Part shown: positions 19,122-29,593 of the stretch, piece by piece
Numbering within the stretch: position 1 is the stretch's first letter
How the letters are laid out: each line of letters opens with the position of its first letter
NCBI GenBank assembly: GCA_028280405.1
Contig: JANQLW010000032.1
Coordinates: 9,816 to 73,815, forward strand
Direction: 5' to 3'
Origin: Bacteroidales bacterium
GTDB lineage: Bacteria > Bacteroidota > Bacteroidia > Bacteroidales > GCA-2711565
Length of the DNA stretch: 64,000 nucleotides
The notes under the pieces: generated by a model
The model's database searches: none
What the model was told of the DNA's origin: nothing
The model's input: only the letters and a program-made list of their open reading frames with translations
Program-made: the position numbers and the translations under genes

Positions 19122-20984
19122 TTAATTTATTCCTAATTCAGTTTGAAATCCATTTAATGTTTCCAAAACATTGCTCTTAACATGAATGAAATGCTGTATC
19201 CCTTTTGCTTTTAAGTCTTCCATAATTTCTTTTGGATAACCTGCTACAACGATAATAGCATCTTCAGCTAACTCTTTAACTTGTGGAGCCAAGTTAGCAT
19301 ACTCATCATCCGAAGAACAGATCACGATGATATCTGCTTTTGCTTCTTTCGCAGCATTTACGCCTTCTTCCGCAGATTTGAAACCATTGTTATCCTGTAC
19401 TTCAAAGCCTGCACAAGCGAAGAAGTTAGAAGCAAAAGTTGCTCTTGCTTTACGCATTGCTAAGTTTCCGTAAGTCAACATGAAAGCTAATGGACGTTTG
19501 TTGTTTTTCGCAAAAGTATCTGTTCTGTAACGAAGCGCTTCAAAAGCCTGAGCACCACGATATGGTTTTAATGTTTCAATTTCTGCACCTTCAACGGAGC
19601 AATCTACAGCTTCGAATTGATAATCTTCGAAGTCTTTTTCTGCTTTTTCGGTGAAGTTAGGGAACTGGTTAGTTCCTAAAAGAATCTCTTTGCGGTTTGC
19701 AATGTCCATATTACGCTTGTTAGCCATTTCGTTAACCTGTTCCTGAATGTAACCGGCTTTCAAAGCAGCAACAAATCCGCCTTGTTCTTCTACAGCAAGG
19801 AAAATTTTCCATGCTTCAGCAGCGATAGAGTTGGTTAGGTTTTCGATATAGTAAGAACCAGCAGATGGGTCTACTACTTTATCAAGATAAGATTCTTCTT
19901 TTAATAATAATTGTTGGTTACGTGCGATACGTTCACCAAATTCGGAAGGAGTTTCGAATGACTCATCAAAAGCATTTACGGTTAATGAATCGGTTCCTCC
20001 GATTACTGAAGACATAGCCTCAGTAGTTGTTCTCAACATATTTACATATGGATCATAAACTGTTTTGTTCCAGTTTGAAGTGGTTGAGTGTACAAACATT
20101 CGTGCGATCGATTTGCAACAAGGATTGTAAGCATCGATCATCTTAGCCCAAAGTAATCTGGCTGCTCTGATCTTTGCAATCTCCATGAAGTAATTGCTAC
20201 CCACTGCGAAATCAAATCTCATTTTCGGAGCAATCTCTTCAATTTTAATTCCTGCTTCAGTCAACTGATCCAGATATTCAGCAGCCGTTGCCAAAGCGAA
20301 GCCTAATTCCTGAACAATGCTTGAGCCTGAATTATGGAAAATGCTTCCGTGTACAGCTACCACTTTGAATTGAAGATCTTTGGTGATCTCCAATAATTGT
20401 TTTGCTTCTAAAACAGAAGAAGATTTACCTGCTAATGCAAGCTCGGTTAACGGATTGAAAGTAATAGATCCGAAAACTTTAGATAAATCATAATTCTTTT
20501 CTTTTAGGAAGCTTATGTACGACTTAAGCATAGCTTTGAAATTATCTTCAATGATGAAGTTGATCTCAATCGCATCTGCAACGATGCCTTTAAGAAGCAC
20601 ATTTAGTTGCTCAACGCTTAAGCTTTCAGGAAGGATAAATCCTAAAGATTCAATTCCTCTGTCAAGCACGAATAAAGCCTTTTTGTTGGCTTCTTCCAGG
20701 TCTTCAACAATAATATCCTGACGAATGAACCAGTTATTGTTGTTCTTTTTGTTTCCTCTTACGAATGGAAAATCTCCCGGGAAAGTTTCCAGATGTTCAA
20801 GCCCTTGTAAATCTTCAGCACGGTAATAAGGTTTTACCTCAAACCCTTCATTGGTTCTCCAAATTAATTTTCTGGCATAGTCAGCACCTTTTAAGTCTTT
20901 GGTGATCACTTCTTCCCATTCTTCAGTGGAGATGGGAGGAAACTCAGAAAATAATTTTTCGAAGCCTTTTTCTTTTGATTCCAT
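19122..20984 (-). CDS. mutA: Methylmalonyl-CoA mutase small subunit
   Basis: Mutase-fold similarity to the large subunit (FMEIAKIRAARLLWAKM) but no DxHxxG B12 motif. It lies directly upstream of mutB. Confidence 0.85.
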   Translation of the reverse strand: MESKEKGFEKLFSEFPPISTEEWEEVITKDLKGADYARKLIWRTNEGFEVKPYYRAEDLQGLEHLETFPGDFPFVRGNKKNNNNWFIRQDIIVEDLEEANKKALFVLDRGIESLGFILPESLSVEQLNVLLKGIVADAIEINFIIEDNFKAMLKSYISFLKEKNYDLSKVFGSITFNPLTELALAGKSSSVLEAKQLLEITKDLQFKVVAVHGSIFHNSGSSIVQELGFALATAAEYLDQLTEAGIKIEEIAPKMRFDFAVGSNYFMEIAKIRAARLLWAKMIDAYNPCCKSIARMFVHSTTSNWNKTVYDPYVNMLRTTTEAMSSVIGGTDSLTVNAFDESFETPSEFGERIARNQQLLLKEESYLDKVVDPSAGSYYIENLTNSIAAEAWKIFLAVEEQGGFVAALKAGYIQEQVNEMANKRNMDIANRKEILLGTNQFPNFTEKAEKDFEDYQFEAVDCSVEGAEIETLKPYRGAQAFEALRYRTDTFAKNNKRPLAFMLTYGNLAMRKARATFASNFFACAGFEVQDNNGFKSAEEGVNAAKEAKADIIVICSSDDEYANLAPQVKELAEDAIIVVAGYPKEIMEDLKAKGIQHFIHVKSNVLETLNGFQTELGIN

Positions 20985-21236
20985 AGTTTTATATAATGTC
21001 GATTTATTTTTTTAATAAAAAAATGCGGCTGCAAAGTTAATACAAAAAAGTGTTGATAGTCAAACTTTCAGACACTTATTGTTATCTTTTTCACAATGAT
21101 TTTTATCAATAATATAAAAGTTGTTACGCAAAGAACGCAAAGGTGTCGCAGAGATGCGCAAAGAATAAAATAAAGAAAGGATATTTCTTTATTGGGCTCT
21201 GTCTTTTTTCATGACGACAGTAATTGTCTGTCATTA

Positions 21237-21382
21237 GCCCCGGGCTTTAGCCGGGGGGGGAAATGTCCATAAATAATTGAGGGGCTTTAGCCCCTGTGTT
21301 CGGCTTCCAACCTTAGTCGTTTTATGATTATAGGCTGAGCCTATTTGGATATATTCGACTGAGGTAGAACCTCAGCCGAACG
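21237..21382. repeat. Third REP-type hairpin cluster
   Basis: GGGGC-TTTA-GCCCC, TAGGC-TGA-GCCTA and TTCGACTGAGG-TAGAA-CCTCAGCCGAA. The last belongs to the same family as the RAYT-flanking REPs. Confidence 0.6.
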
Positions 21383-21389
21383 CCAGCCA

Positions 21390-22082
21390 TTAAAGGCTTG
21401 CCAAGAGTTTCTCTTTGTAAGATGCTCCAATCGGAATCGTTTCCTCATTCACATGAATCATATTCCCTTCAATGGATTTAATATGTTTTAAAGATGCGAT
21501 ATAGGATTTATGAACCCTGATAAACTGATCGGAAGGAATTTCATCTTCTATGCTTTTCATGGTACGATGGATGGTGATATTTCCTTCATTGGTAACCACT
21601 TTTACATAATCGCCATAAGCTTGGAAGTAATAGATGTGTTGGTATTCTACTTTAAAGGTTTTCTTGTCGGATTTTAGCAGGATGTAATCATTCCCAATCA
21701 GGTTATTCCCATTCGATAATTGCGCAATTACTTTATTAACTGCCTTTACAAATCTTTCAAAGCGGATTGGCTTTAACAGATAATCCACTGCTTCCAACTC
21801 AAAACCTTCCACGGCATATTCAGGGTAAGCAGTTGTAAAAATTACCAGAGGTGGATTTGAAAGTGTTTTCAGCATTTCAATCCCACTCAGTTTTGGCATA
21901 TTGATATCCAAAAATATCAAATCGATAGATTGTGATTTTAAAACCTCTATAGCTTGAATGGCATTGGAACAACTATCCACTAACTGAAGATCAGGAAGCT
22001 CATTTATATACTCAATAATATTGTCACGGGCTAATGGTTCATCATCGACAACCAGGCAATTTATCTTTTTAATGTTATTCAT
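21390..22082 (-). CDS. LytTR-family response regulator
   Basis: Receiver domain (VVDDEPLARD, DLIFLDINMP) and a LytTR DNA-binding domain (FIRVHKSYI). Confidence 0.9.
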   Translation of the reverse strand: MNNIKKINCLVVDDEPLARDNIIEYINELPDLQLVDSCSNAIQAIEVLKSQSIDLIFLDINMPKLSGIEMLKTLSNPPLVIFTTAYPEYAVEGFELEAVDYLLKPIRFERFVKAVNKVIAQLSNGNNLIGNDYILLKSDKKTFKVEYQHIYYFQAYGDYVKVVTNEGNITIHRTMKSIEDEIPSDQFIRVHKSYIASLKHIKSIEGNMIHVNEETIPIGASYKEKLLASL

Positions 22083-23109
22083 GAATATCTTTTAAAATTA
22101 ATGCTACTTTAAAATCGGTATTAGATTCAGTGTTGTTAAATTCAAATTTATCAGGATAAAGAAGTTCCAGTCTCCTTTGCACATTTTTAAGCCCAATACC
22201 GGATTTATTCTCATTCAAATCTTTTCCTTCCCCTCTGTTATTCTCAATTAAAACTGAAATTTGATCAGAAATGTCAATTTCTATTTTTACAAAAGTATTT
22301 TCTATATCACCTTTTAATCCATGCTTAAATGCATTTTCAATTAGCGGTAGCAAAAGCAAAGGTGCTATCTTCTTTTGTTTAACATTGCCTGATATTTCGA
22401 ATTGCACAACATTTTCATCCTCCAGCCGTATTTTTTGAAGTTCGATATAATCTTTTATGAAATTCAACTCCTCTTCAAGGGAAACAAAATTATCTTTGGT
22501 TTCATACAACATATACCTCAGCATATCCGATAAATTCAATACCAGCTCTTTGGTTTTCTTCGCCGATTTGGAAGCCATGGTATGAATATTATTCAATGAG
22601 TTAAATAAAAAGTGAGGATTAATCTGTGCTTTCAGGGCATCTAATTCAGAGGCAGCTTTTTCTTTTTCGAGGCTCATCATTTTTTCCCGGGTAACTACTA
22701 GTTCTTTTATTACGGTGAATAAACCTGTAATAATAAGATAGGCCAAATGAAATTGCATAATTTCATCAAACTCATAGTAGGAAATAAAATAATAGCCTGG
22801 AAAAACCAATATTTTATCAAAAAGCCAGATATTTAGTTGGGTAAATACAAGTAAGCTTCCACCGCTTAAGACTACATTTAGAATCGTGTATTTGCGATTT
22901 AAAATGTTAGGGGCAAATACTTTCAGATTCAAATAAACATAAGCAATAATTGTTGAATGAAAGAATAGGGTATAGATGACATCAATAACTTGAATCTGAT
23001 CTTCTCCTTTAAATACGTTAAGTAAAATGAAGTAGGAGATTAGCCAGAACCCGATGTGTTGGACCCATCGAGTTCTGAGTAGTTTATCTATAATGTAATT
23101 GCCTCTCAT
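22075..23109 (-). CDS. LytS-type sensor histidine kinase (membrane)
   Basis: Multi-TM N-terminus. His_kinase motif NPHFLFNSLNNI and a C-terminal ATPase region. It overlaps the response-regulator gene by 8 nt. Confidence 0.85.
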   Translation of the reverse strand: MRGNYIIDKLLRTRWVQHIGFWLISYFILLNVFKGEDQIQVIDVIYTLFFHSTIIAYVYLNLKVFAPNILNRKYTILNVVLSGGSLLVFTQLNIWLFDKILVFPGYYFISYYEFDEIMQFHLAYLIITGLFTVIKELVVTREKMMSLEKEKAASELDALKAQINPHFLFNSLNNIHTMASKSAKKTKELVLNLSDMLRYMLYETKDNFVSLEEELNFIKDYIELQKIRLEDENVVQFEISGNVKQKKIAPLLLLPLIENAFKHGLKGDIENTFVKIEIDISDQISVLIENNRGEGKDLNENKSGIGLKNVQRRLELLYPDKFEFNNTESNTDFKVALILKDIHE

Positions 23110-23714
23110 TATTCTTGTATCGGACTTAAAATATCAGGTTTTTTAAAGGCTTTTTCTTCATTGGCATATTTGGTCATGAACTTTTGTAATTCTTTTGTAG
23201 ATGCAGTTAACACAATGCCATCATCTGATTGCAGTCTTTCGTGTTTAATCCGGATTCTTTTGCTCTTGATCATTTTTTCCAGCCATTCGTCATCCATTTC
23301 CTGAATCTGAGGTTTTCCATCTACAATAAGTATTTTATAAAATGAATGAATCCCAACTAAATGAAAGGCTAAAGTTGTTTGCAGCTTATCCATTTGTTCA
23401 TTATCACCCGGGAATAAGTCCATAAATATCTGGCCTCCAAGTTTAAGAAAATGAGCATCCATATAGGCAGTGTCATTTACAGGGGCCATCTTGCCTACAT
23501 TTTTCTTATTAATGTGAATAAATGAATAACTTTTTCCTTTTTCCTTTTTAATAAAGATATATTCATCTCCATCTTTATTTAACCATTTTCCTACTATTTC
23601 AGGAACTAGGATTAAATCTTTTTCAGTATAAAGTGGATGTATTGACCTTACCAAACATCCAGAAAGAAAAATAGCTATGATAGCTAAAATCAAAAATAAT
23701 TTTCTTGTTTTCAT
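23109..23714 (-). CDS. Hypothetical lipoprotein, first gene of the kinase/regulator operon
   Basis: Lipobox FLSGCLV. Its stop overlaps the kinase start. Confidence 0.5.
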   Translation of the reverse strand: MKTRKLFLILAIIAIFLSGCLVRSIHPLYTEKDLILVPEIVGKWLNKDGDEYIFIKKEKGKSYSFIHINKKNVGKMAPVNDTAYMDAHFLKLGGQIFMDLFPGDNEQMDKLQTTLAFHLVGIHSFYKILIVDGKPQIQEMDDEWLEKMIKSKRIRIKHERLQSDDGIVLTASTKELQKFMTKYANEEKAFKKPDILSPIQE

Positions 23715-23847
23715 AATACAGCAATTTAAAGTTAAAAAATTTACACAGACAAAGGAAGGATGCTTTGGGCTTTGCTCAAATTAATTTCGTTGAACAGGTT
23801 TTTACTGTCGGTGAAATAGGAACGAAAAGAGTTATTTAATTAAGCCT

Positions 23848-23929
23848 GTCATCCTGAGCGAAGCGAAGGATCTCATTCTGTTTAGGCAGGTCGTTTATTT
23901 AGGAGGTCCTTCGCTTCGCTCAGGATGAC
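23848..23929. repeat. GTCATCCTGAGCGAAGCGAAGGA palindromic element (copy 2)
   Basis: GTCATCCTGAGCGAAGCGAAGGATCTC ... GGTCCTTCGCTTCGCTCAGGATGAC. Confidence 0.7.
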
Positions 23930-23984
23930 ACGTCCTTTGTAGTTTACTTTTTTCTTATCTTGCTATATCCAAATTAAAACCAAT

Positions 23985-25652
23985 ATGAAAAGAATCATAA
24001 TCCCCGTCTTTATTGCCCTTGTTGTGGGAACAATCTGTTTTTATGCAGGAATGAATTTTAATAATTCTAAGGCTGAAAAACTGAACAAAACTGATTTAGT
24101 TGCTGCCAGCAAAATAATAGGTATTGAATTTTCTGAAGCAGAGATAGACAGTGCCTTTAATGAAGTATCTTCTTTTAAAGAAAGCTATGAATATATCCGT
24201 GAGATGAAAATTCCAAACCATGTTTGGCCGGCACAATTATTTAACCCCATCCCCATTGGAGCAAAATTTGAAACTAAACAAGAACATATCAAATTTACCA
24301 GTTATAAAAAAGCTAAGCTTCCAGGAAATATAAATGATTTAGCTTTTTATCCTATTGGAAAACTGGCAGCTTTGATTAAATCAAAACAAATTAGTTCAAC
24401 TGAGCTCACTAAATTCTTTTTGGAAAGATTAAAAAAATATGATCCACAATTGCATTGTGTAGTTACCCTTACAGAAGACCTTGCTCTAAAACAAGCACAA
24501 AGAGCTGATAAAGAAATCAGAGCTGGTAAATATAGAGGGCTATTACATGGAATTCCATATGGAGCTAAAGATCTGTTAAATACGAAGAAATATAAAACTA
24601 CCTATGGAGCCATGACTTATAAAGATCAACTTATTGATGAAGATGCAGTGGTAGTTAAGAAGCTGGAAGAGGCAGGTGCAGTATTAGTGGCCAAACTCAC
24701 TTTAGGAGCTTTAGCTATGGGTGATGTTTGGTATGATGAAAAAACGCGAAATCCTTGGAATCTGGAACAAGGATCAAGTGGTTCATCAGCCGGACCGGCA
24801 TCTGCAGTTAGTGCAGGATTAGTTCCTTTTGCCATAGGAAGTGAAACCTGGGGAAGTATTGTTTCTCCATCTACAAGGTGTGGTGTTACCGGATTAAGAC
24901 CAACTTATGGTAGAGTAAGCAGAACCGGAGCAATGGCCTTGTCCTGGTCAATGGATAAGTTAGGCCCCATTTGTAATTATGCCGAAGATTGCGCTATTGT
25001 TTTAGATGCTATTAGAGGGCCTGATGGTAAGGATCATACACTTTATAATTACGCTTTTAATTATAAAAATAAAAAGAATTTGAAAGGAATGAAGATAGGC
25101 TATTTAAAATCTTCATTTGATAGAGATTCTGCAAGAATGGAATACAATAATCATTGCTTAAGCATTTTAAAAGAATTAGGTGCTGAATTAATTCCATTCG
25201 AACTTCCTGAAATGAATGTTTACAACTTATCTTTTATTTTATCAGCCGAGGCTGCAACTGCTTTTGATGAATTAACTTTATCTGATAAAGATGACTTATT
25301 GGTACAACAACATCAAAATGCCTGGCCGAATATTTTCAGAACTTCACGTTTTATAACAGCTGTCGAATTCATTCAGGCAAGTCGTGCACGCCAAATGTTA
25401 ATTCAGGAAATGGATAAAAGAATGAAAGATATTGATCTTTATGTAACTCCTAGTTTTGGCAAAAATTTATTATTAACCAACCTGACAGGTCACCCTTGTG
25501 TTGTCATTCCAAATGGATTTCCTGAAAAAAACAGTCCTATTAGTATATCATTTGTAGGAAAATTATTTGGTGAAGCTGATATTATTGCTGTGGCAAAAGC
25601 CTATCAGGATCTGAATAATTTTCATGCACGGATCCCTTTGGGGATAAAATAG
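23985..25652 (+). CDS. Amidase-signature family amidase with an N-terminal membrane anchor or signal
   Basis: GSSGSSAGPASAVSAGLVPFAIGSETWGSI is a Gly/Ser-rich amidase signature. Confidence 0.85.
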   Translation: MKRIIIPVFIALVVGTICFYAGMNFNNSKAEKLNKTDLVAASKIIGIEFSEAEIDSAFNEVSSFKESYEYIREMKIPNHVWPAQLFNPIPIGAKFETKQEHIKFTSYKKAKLPGNINDLAFYPIGKLAALIKSKQISSTELTKFFLERLKKYDPQLHCVVTLTEDLALKQAQRADKEIRAGKYRGLLHGIPYGAKDLLNTKKYKTTYGAMTYKDQLIDEDAVVVKKLEEAGAVLVAKLTLGALAMGDVWYDEKTRNPWNLEQGSSGSSAGPASAVSAGLVPFAIGSETWGSIVSPSTRCGVTGLRPTYGRVSRTGAMALSWSMDKLGPICNYAEDCAIVLDAIRGPDGKDHTLYNYAFNYKNKKNLKGMKIGYLKSSFDRDSARMEYNNHCLSILKELGAELIPFELPEMNVYNLSFILSAEAATAFDELTLSDKDDLLVQQHQNAWPNIFRTSRFITAVEFIQASRARQMLIQEMDKRMKDIDLYVTPSFGKNLLLTNLTGHPCVVIPNGFPEKNSPISISFVGKLFGEADIIAVAKAYQDLNNFHARIPLGIK

Positions 25653-25860
25653 ATTATCCTGTCAGTACTTATCCTAATTTGAGAAATTACTGCAAAGCAG
25701 TAAAAAAATAACTCGTGTATAAACCTGTAATACTGCGTCTTACATTGATGAAGTATACAGACTTAGCTATTTTAAAAAATAAACCTGCACTTGCTATTTA
25801 AATAAAAAAAAATATTTTTGTTTCTATATTACATGAATTTTGTAATATCTTTTGCACATA

Positions 25861-26150
25861 GTGAACTTTCGTTTTAGTAGATCAAAAGCGCTTAACAGTG
25901 AACAATTCAAAGAGATATTTGAAGAATATTATCCCTCTTTATATCATTATGCTCTCAGATTAATTACTGATGAAGAAGCTGCCGATGATATTGTGTAGGA
26001 TGCTTTTTTACATCTATGGAAGGTTCGGAATAAAAGCAATCTTCATTTTATAAAAGGATATTTGTACACTAGTGTGCGCAATAATTGTATGAACTATTTG
26101 CGACACGAGAAGGTAAAGGCCCACTATGCTGGGAATAGCAGCAGTTCATC
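25861..26150 (+). pseudogene. ECF sigma factor remnant (region 2) with an in-frame TAG
   Basis: The translation ...EEAADDIV*DAFLHLWKVRN... has TAG at 25996-25998 where ECF sigmas carry a conserved Gln (DIVQ-). The reading frame then loses similarity near 26140. Confidence 0.7.
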
Positions 26151-26326
26151 CGAACTCTACATTCTACATTCTACATTTTCCATTCTGGCATCTCCAATTT
26201 ACCCTTTTGAGTTTTATACCGTTTCTTAATTGATATTACCGCAATGAAAATTGTGGTAATCAATTATAGAACGGCATAAACCATTCTAAAGTTGAAAAGG
26301 TATTTTCAACTAAGAATTGGTATTAG

Positions 26327-27568
26327 TTAAAGCCTAACTATATCTATAGTGTTTTCAAGATTTACTTCTTTGCTTACAAGGTTTAGGGGGAATCCAGAGT
26401 ATGCCTTCATAAACTTTTTATATTTTGATAGTTTAAAAGTAAGATCATTGTATTTTACTTCGTAGGCAAATCCTTTCCGGAAGCTTTTCTCCGCGATAAA
26501 GTCAACCTCATTGCCATCGGCTGTACGCCAATAGTAAAGTGCATCCTGTCCGTACAAGCCTCGAAGACGCGTATATACATAATTTTCTAACAGCATCCCT
26601 TTGTCAGCCCTATTGGATGGGAGGGTATAATTGTTAACAAGGGCATTACGCAAACCGTTATCGTTAAAAAATACTTTAGGCATTTTAGTAAGCTCCTTTC
26701 TTATATTGCCAAATAAGGGAGGCATCAGATGAATAATAAAACTTTTTTTTAACAAGTAAAGATAGTTTTCAACAGTCTTGCCTGACATTTGCAGGGTATT
26801 GCCCAATTCATGTTGATTTACTAACTGACCTGCCTGATCAGCAAGTATCCGGGCCAATTGAAAAAATTTCAGTTCTTCACGGATTCCCGCTTCCAAGGCA
26901 TCCTTTTTCATGAAACTGTTTACCAATTCACCGAGTAATGCCTGCTTTTCTTTTTCTGTATTAGCCAATACCACGGCCGGATATCCTCCATATACCAAAT
27001 ACTCTCCGAACATTTTATTGATCTTATGTTTCTGAGGACTTTGGTAAAGTTTTCGGCTTTGCATTTCCTCCCATTCGTCTAATAATCTGTCCTCTTTTTT
27101 AAAATGAAGAAACTCTCCAAAATCCAGGGGGTAAAGTTCAAATACCTGTTTCCGGCCTGCTAGGCTATCTTTAAAATTTTTATCGATATAAAAAGCACTG
27201 CTTCCTGTAGCAATTATTTTGATTTTTGCAGCGTATTTGTCGTAAAGTAACTTTAAAAAATTACTTGGATTCTCAGCGTATTGAACTTCGTCAATGATAA
27301 GAAATAAGCGTTTATTATCTGGAAGGTCAGCCGGAAGGCGTGTGTAATTAAAAATGTTTTCAGGATGTTTATTAATGGATTTTAGGATTGTAGGGTCTTC
27401 AAAAGTTAAAAAATGAAACTGTTCTCCTTCTTTTTCCAAAAGGTTTCCCAATTGCTTTACCAGGGTAGTTTTTCCTACCTGCCGTGCTCCTACAAGAATC
27501 GTATGCTGTGGATGTGACAGGTGTTGTTTTATAGCTTCCAGGCTTTTTTTTCTTTCCATATTATACAC
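26327..27568 (-). CDS. AAA+ ATPase with a DUF4143-type C-terminal domain
   Basis: Walker A GARQVGKTT and Walker B LFLIIDEVQY. The family assignment is recalled. It sits between the two halves of a broken sigma gene. Confidence 0.8.
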   Translation of the reverse strand: MYNMERKKSLEAIKQHLSHPQHTILVGARQVGKTTLVKQLGNLLEKEGEQFHFLTFEDPTILKSINKHPENIFNYTRLPADLPDNKRLFLIIDEVQYAENPSNFLKLLYDKYAAKIKIIATGSSAFYIDKNFKDSLAGRKQVFELYPLDFGEFLHFKKEDRLLDEWEEMQSRKLYQSPQKHKINKMFGEYLVYGGYPAVVLANTEKEKQALLGELVNSFMKKDALEAGIREELKFFQLARILADQAGQLVNQHELGNTLQMSGKTVENYLYLLKKSFIIHLMPPLFGNIRKELTKMPKVFFNDNGLRNALVNNYTLPSNRADKGMLLENYVYTRLRGLYGQDALYYWRTADGNEVDFIAEKSFRKGFAYEVKYNDLTFKLSKYKKFMKAYSGFPLNLVSKEVNLENTIDIVRL

Positions 27569-27652
27569 TTATTTTCGATAATATTGCTATAAAAGTATGA
27601 AATTATCCGATAATTTTGAATTGTTATTACGAAAATATCGATTTTTAAATTA

Positions 27653-27750
27653 AAAAATTGCCTTCAAAAACTTGGTATTTCTGTAAATACCGTAAAAACA
27701 CAAAACTCCCTTTACGCAAGTTTCTATGCGATGAATTTAAAATGAGTTAA
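27653..27750 (+). pseudogene. ECF sigma factor remnant (region 4.2)
   Basis: Translates to ...QKLGISVNTVKTQ..., the typical sigma region 4 HTH. The tail looks frameshifted. Confidence 0.5.
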
Positions 27751-27910
27751 TTTGAAAATATAGTAATTCGTTGATTAGCAAATGAAATAAACGACTTAAA
27801 CATAGAATAATTTTCCCCATATCTTTAGCCCTTTAATTGGCGAATTTTCAAATTAACCTGTCACCCCAAAAGCTTTCTGAAAACATGTATAAGTATATAA
27901 GTATTCTTAA

Positions 27911-28490
27911 ATGGATAAACAAATTAAAAACGATTTTCATTTAGCTTCCCGTATGGCAGACGAGCGGTCTAATCAACCATTGAATATAAATTGGCGAAGA
28001 TCCTTTTTGCGTGTTGCTTTCGTGCTGCTACCATATATTTATTGTGGCTACTTTATATTATTGGTATTATGATAAGCCTTCAGAAGATATTCAGAAAATA
28101 ACCATTAATCAATCTCTTATTGTGCCCGGCAGTAATAAAGCTATGTTGACTTTAGGTAATGGTTCACGTATCGTACTGGATAATGTTCAAATCGGTACCC
28201 TGGCAAAAGAAGGCAATACCCATATCATAAAATCAGATGATGGGAAATTGGTGTATAATGATTCTATTTCCGAAATAGGAGATGAAAATCCCCCTAGCCC
28301 CCTTAAGAAGGGGAAATTAGTGAGACCGCAGTTTAATACTTTGACGACACCTCGTGGTGGTCAACATCAAATTATACTGTCTGATGGTACCCGTGTGTGG
28401 CTTAATGCAGCCTCGTCCATCCGTTTTCCTTCGTCATTTTACAGTACAATTGGTATAACTTCCCATTTTTCAAATTTCGATAAATTTTAA
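27911..28490 (+). pseudogene. FecR anti-sigma remnant, frameshifted and truncated at the 3' end
   Basis: A short N-terminal ORF (MDKQIKNDF...) stops, and the TM and FecR core continue in another frame (TTPRGGQHQIILSDGTRVWLNAASSIRFP). The C-terminal half is missing. Confidence 0.65.
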
Positions 28491-28497
28491 AGGCATA

Positions 28498-29568
28498 TTA
28501 ATACAAATAAACCTTTCTTAGTTTTGCTTTAACTTTCTTAGTAACTCCCAATTCGCTTTCCAGGAATGCATCCAGGCTGCCATATTGTTTTTCAATAGTT
28601 TCAAAGATTTCTTTCATATAAAAACCCTTTACACCCATTAGGACCATCCCTATTCCCGGATCTATTCCATATTGTGTGAACATCTTGGTATATTCCTTAT
28701 TTGCTTCTTTTCTGTAGTAATTTGAAAGTTCATATTCCTTCATAATCAAATCCATATCCACACCTAAAGTGTATAAGAATAATGCAGAAGCAATACCAGT
28801 ACGATCTTTTCCGGCAGTACAGTGAAATACTAAAGGAGGGGATTTCTTATTTGCAAATTCTTTAAAAAGGCTTTTATAATTTGATGTCCATTTTAATGGA
28901 ATTTGCTTATAAAACCCGATCATAAATTCATCCAATTGATCTCTTTTAACTTTACGCAAAGAGTCAAGCCAGGCCATCGCAACCATGTTTTCTTCACCGG
29001 TTGGTAAATGGACATATTTGATTTTCTGGTTCTGAGGTAGATTATCCGGTTCTTCTTTCGTTTCTCGATTTGTTCTAAAATCCACAACGGTTTGAATATT
29101 TAGTTCTTTAAACTTTGCATGATCCTTATCAGATAGTTCAGATAATTTATCGGCACGGTAAATCAATCCCCATTTTACCTGTTTCCCCTCTTTGGTTTTC
29201 AGTCCGCCAACATCTCTGAAATTCACCGGACCATCCATTTCAATATGTCTTTCGGTAAGTATGCTTTTATCACCTGCAACATTCATAATTCCAAAAAACA
29301 TTCTGTCTGCATGTTTCCCTTTGATCAGGATTTCAGTATCTTTTACATTTTTGTATAATGGTTTTGACCAATCGATGGATTTTGCATCTTTTCCGGCATA
29401 TATGGTTAATACATCCCCACGATTATTCAGTATCTTATATTCTCCACCCATACTTCTGGTAACTTCAACAGCTTCTACCAGGCTTTTTTCTGTTTCATCT
29501 CCATTATTTGCCTGAATAGCAGAAGTGGAAACGAGTATCAATATTAATAATTGAATGATATATTTCAT
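28498..29568 (-). CDS. Secreted tyrosine-phosphatase-fold protein (Y_phosphatase3-like)
   Basis: Signal peptide and the CX5R active site HCTAGKDRTG. Confidence 0.8.
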   Translation of the reverse strand: MKYIIQLLILILVSTSAIQANNGDETEKSLVEAVEVTRSMGGEYKILNNRGDVLTIYAGKDAKSIDWSKPLYKNVKDTEILIKGKHADRMFFGIMNVAGDKSILTERHIEMDGPVNFRDVGGLKTKEGKQVKWGLIYRADKLSELSDKDHAKFKELNIQTVVDFRTNRETKEEPDNLPQNQKIKYVHLPTGEENMVAMAWLDSLRKVKRDQLDEFMIGFYKQIPLKWTSNYKSLFKEFANKKSPPLVFHCTAGKDRTGIASALFLYTLGVDMDLIMKEYELSNYYRKEANKEYTKMFTQYGIDPGIGMVLMGVKGFYMKEIFETIEKQYGSLDAFLESELGVTKKVKAKLRKVYLY

Positions 29569-29593
29569 ATTCTTTTATTTAAAAAATTATTGA

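Noticed and set aside
20985-21389. A cobalamin riboswitch upstream of mutA, and likewise upstream of the TonB-dependent receptor at 32456-32693.
   Set aside because: I see no B12-box-like GCCACTG core. The long mutA leader is explained by repeat elements (CGCAAAG-type repeats and REP hairpins).
26157-26177. The tandem CTACATT x3 repeat as a possible CRISPR or other array.
   Set aside because: It is only three 7-bp units with no spacers. I read it as a microsatellite at an insertion junction.
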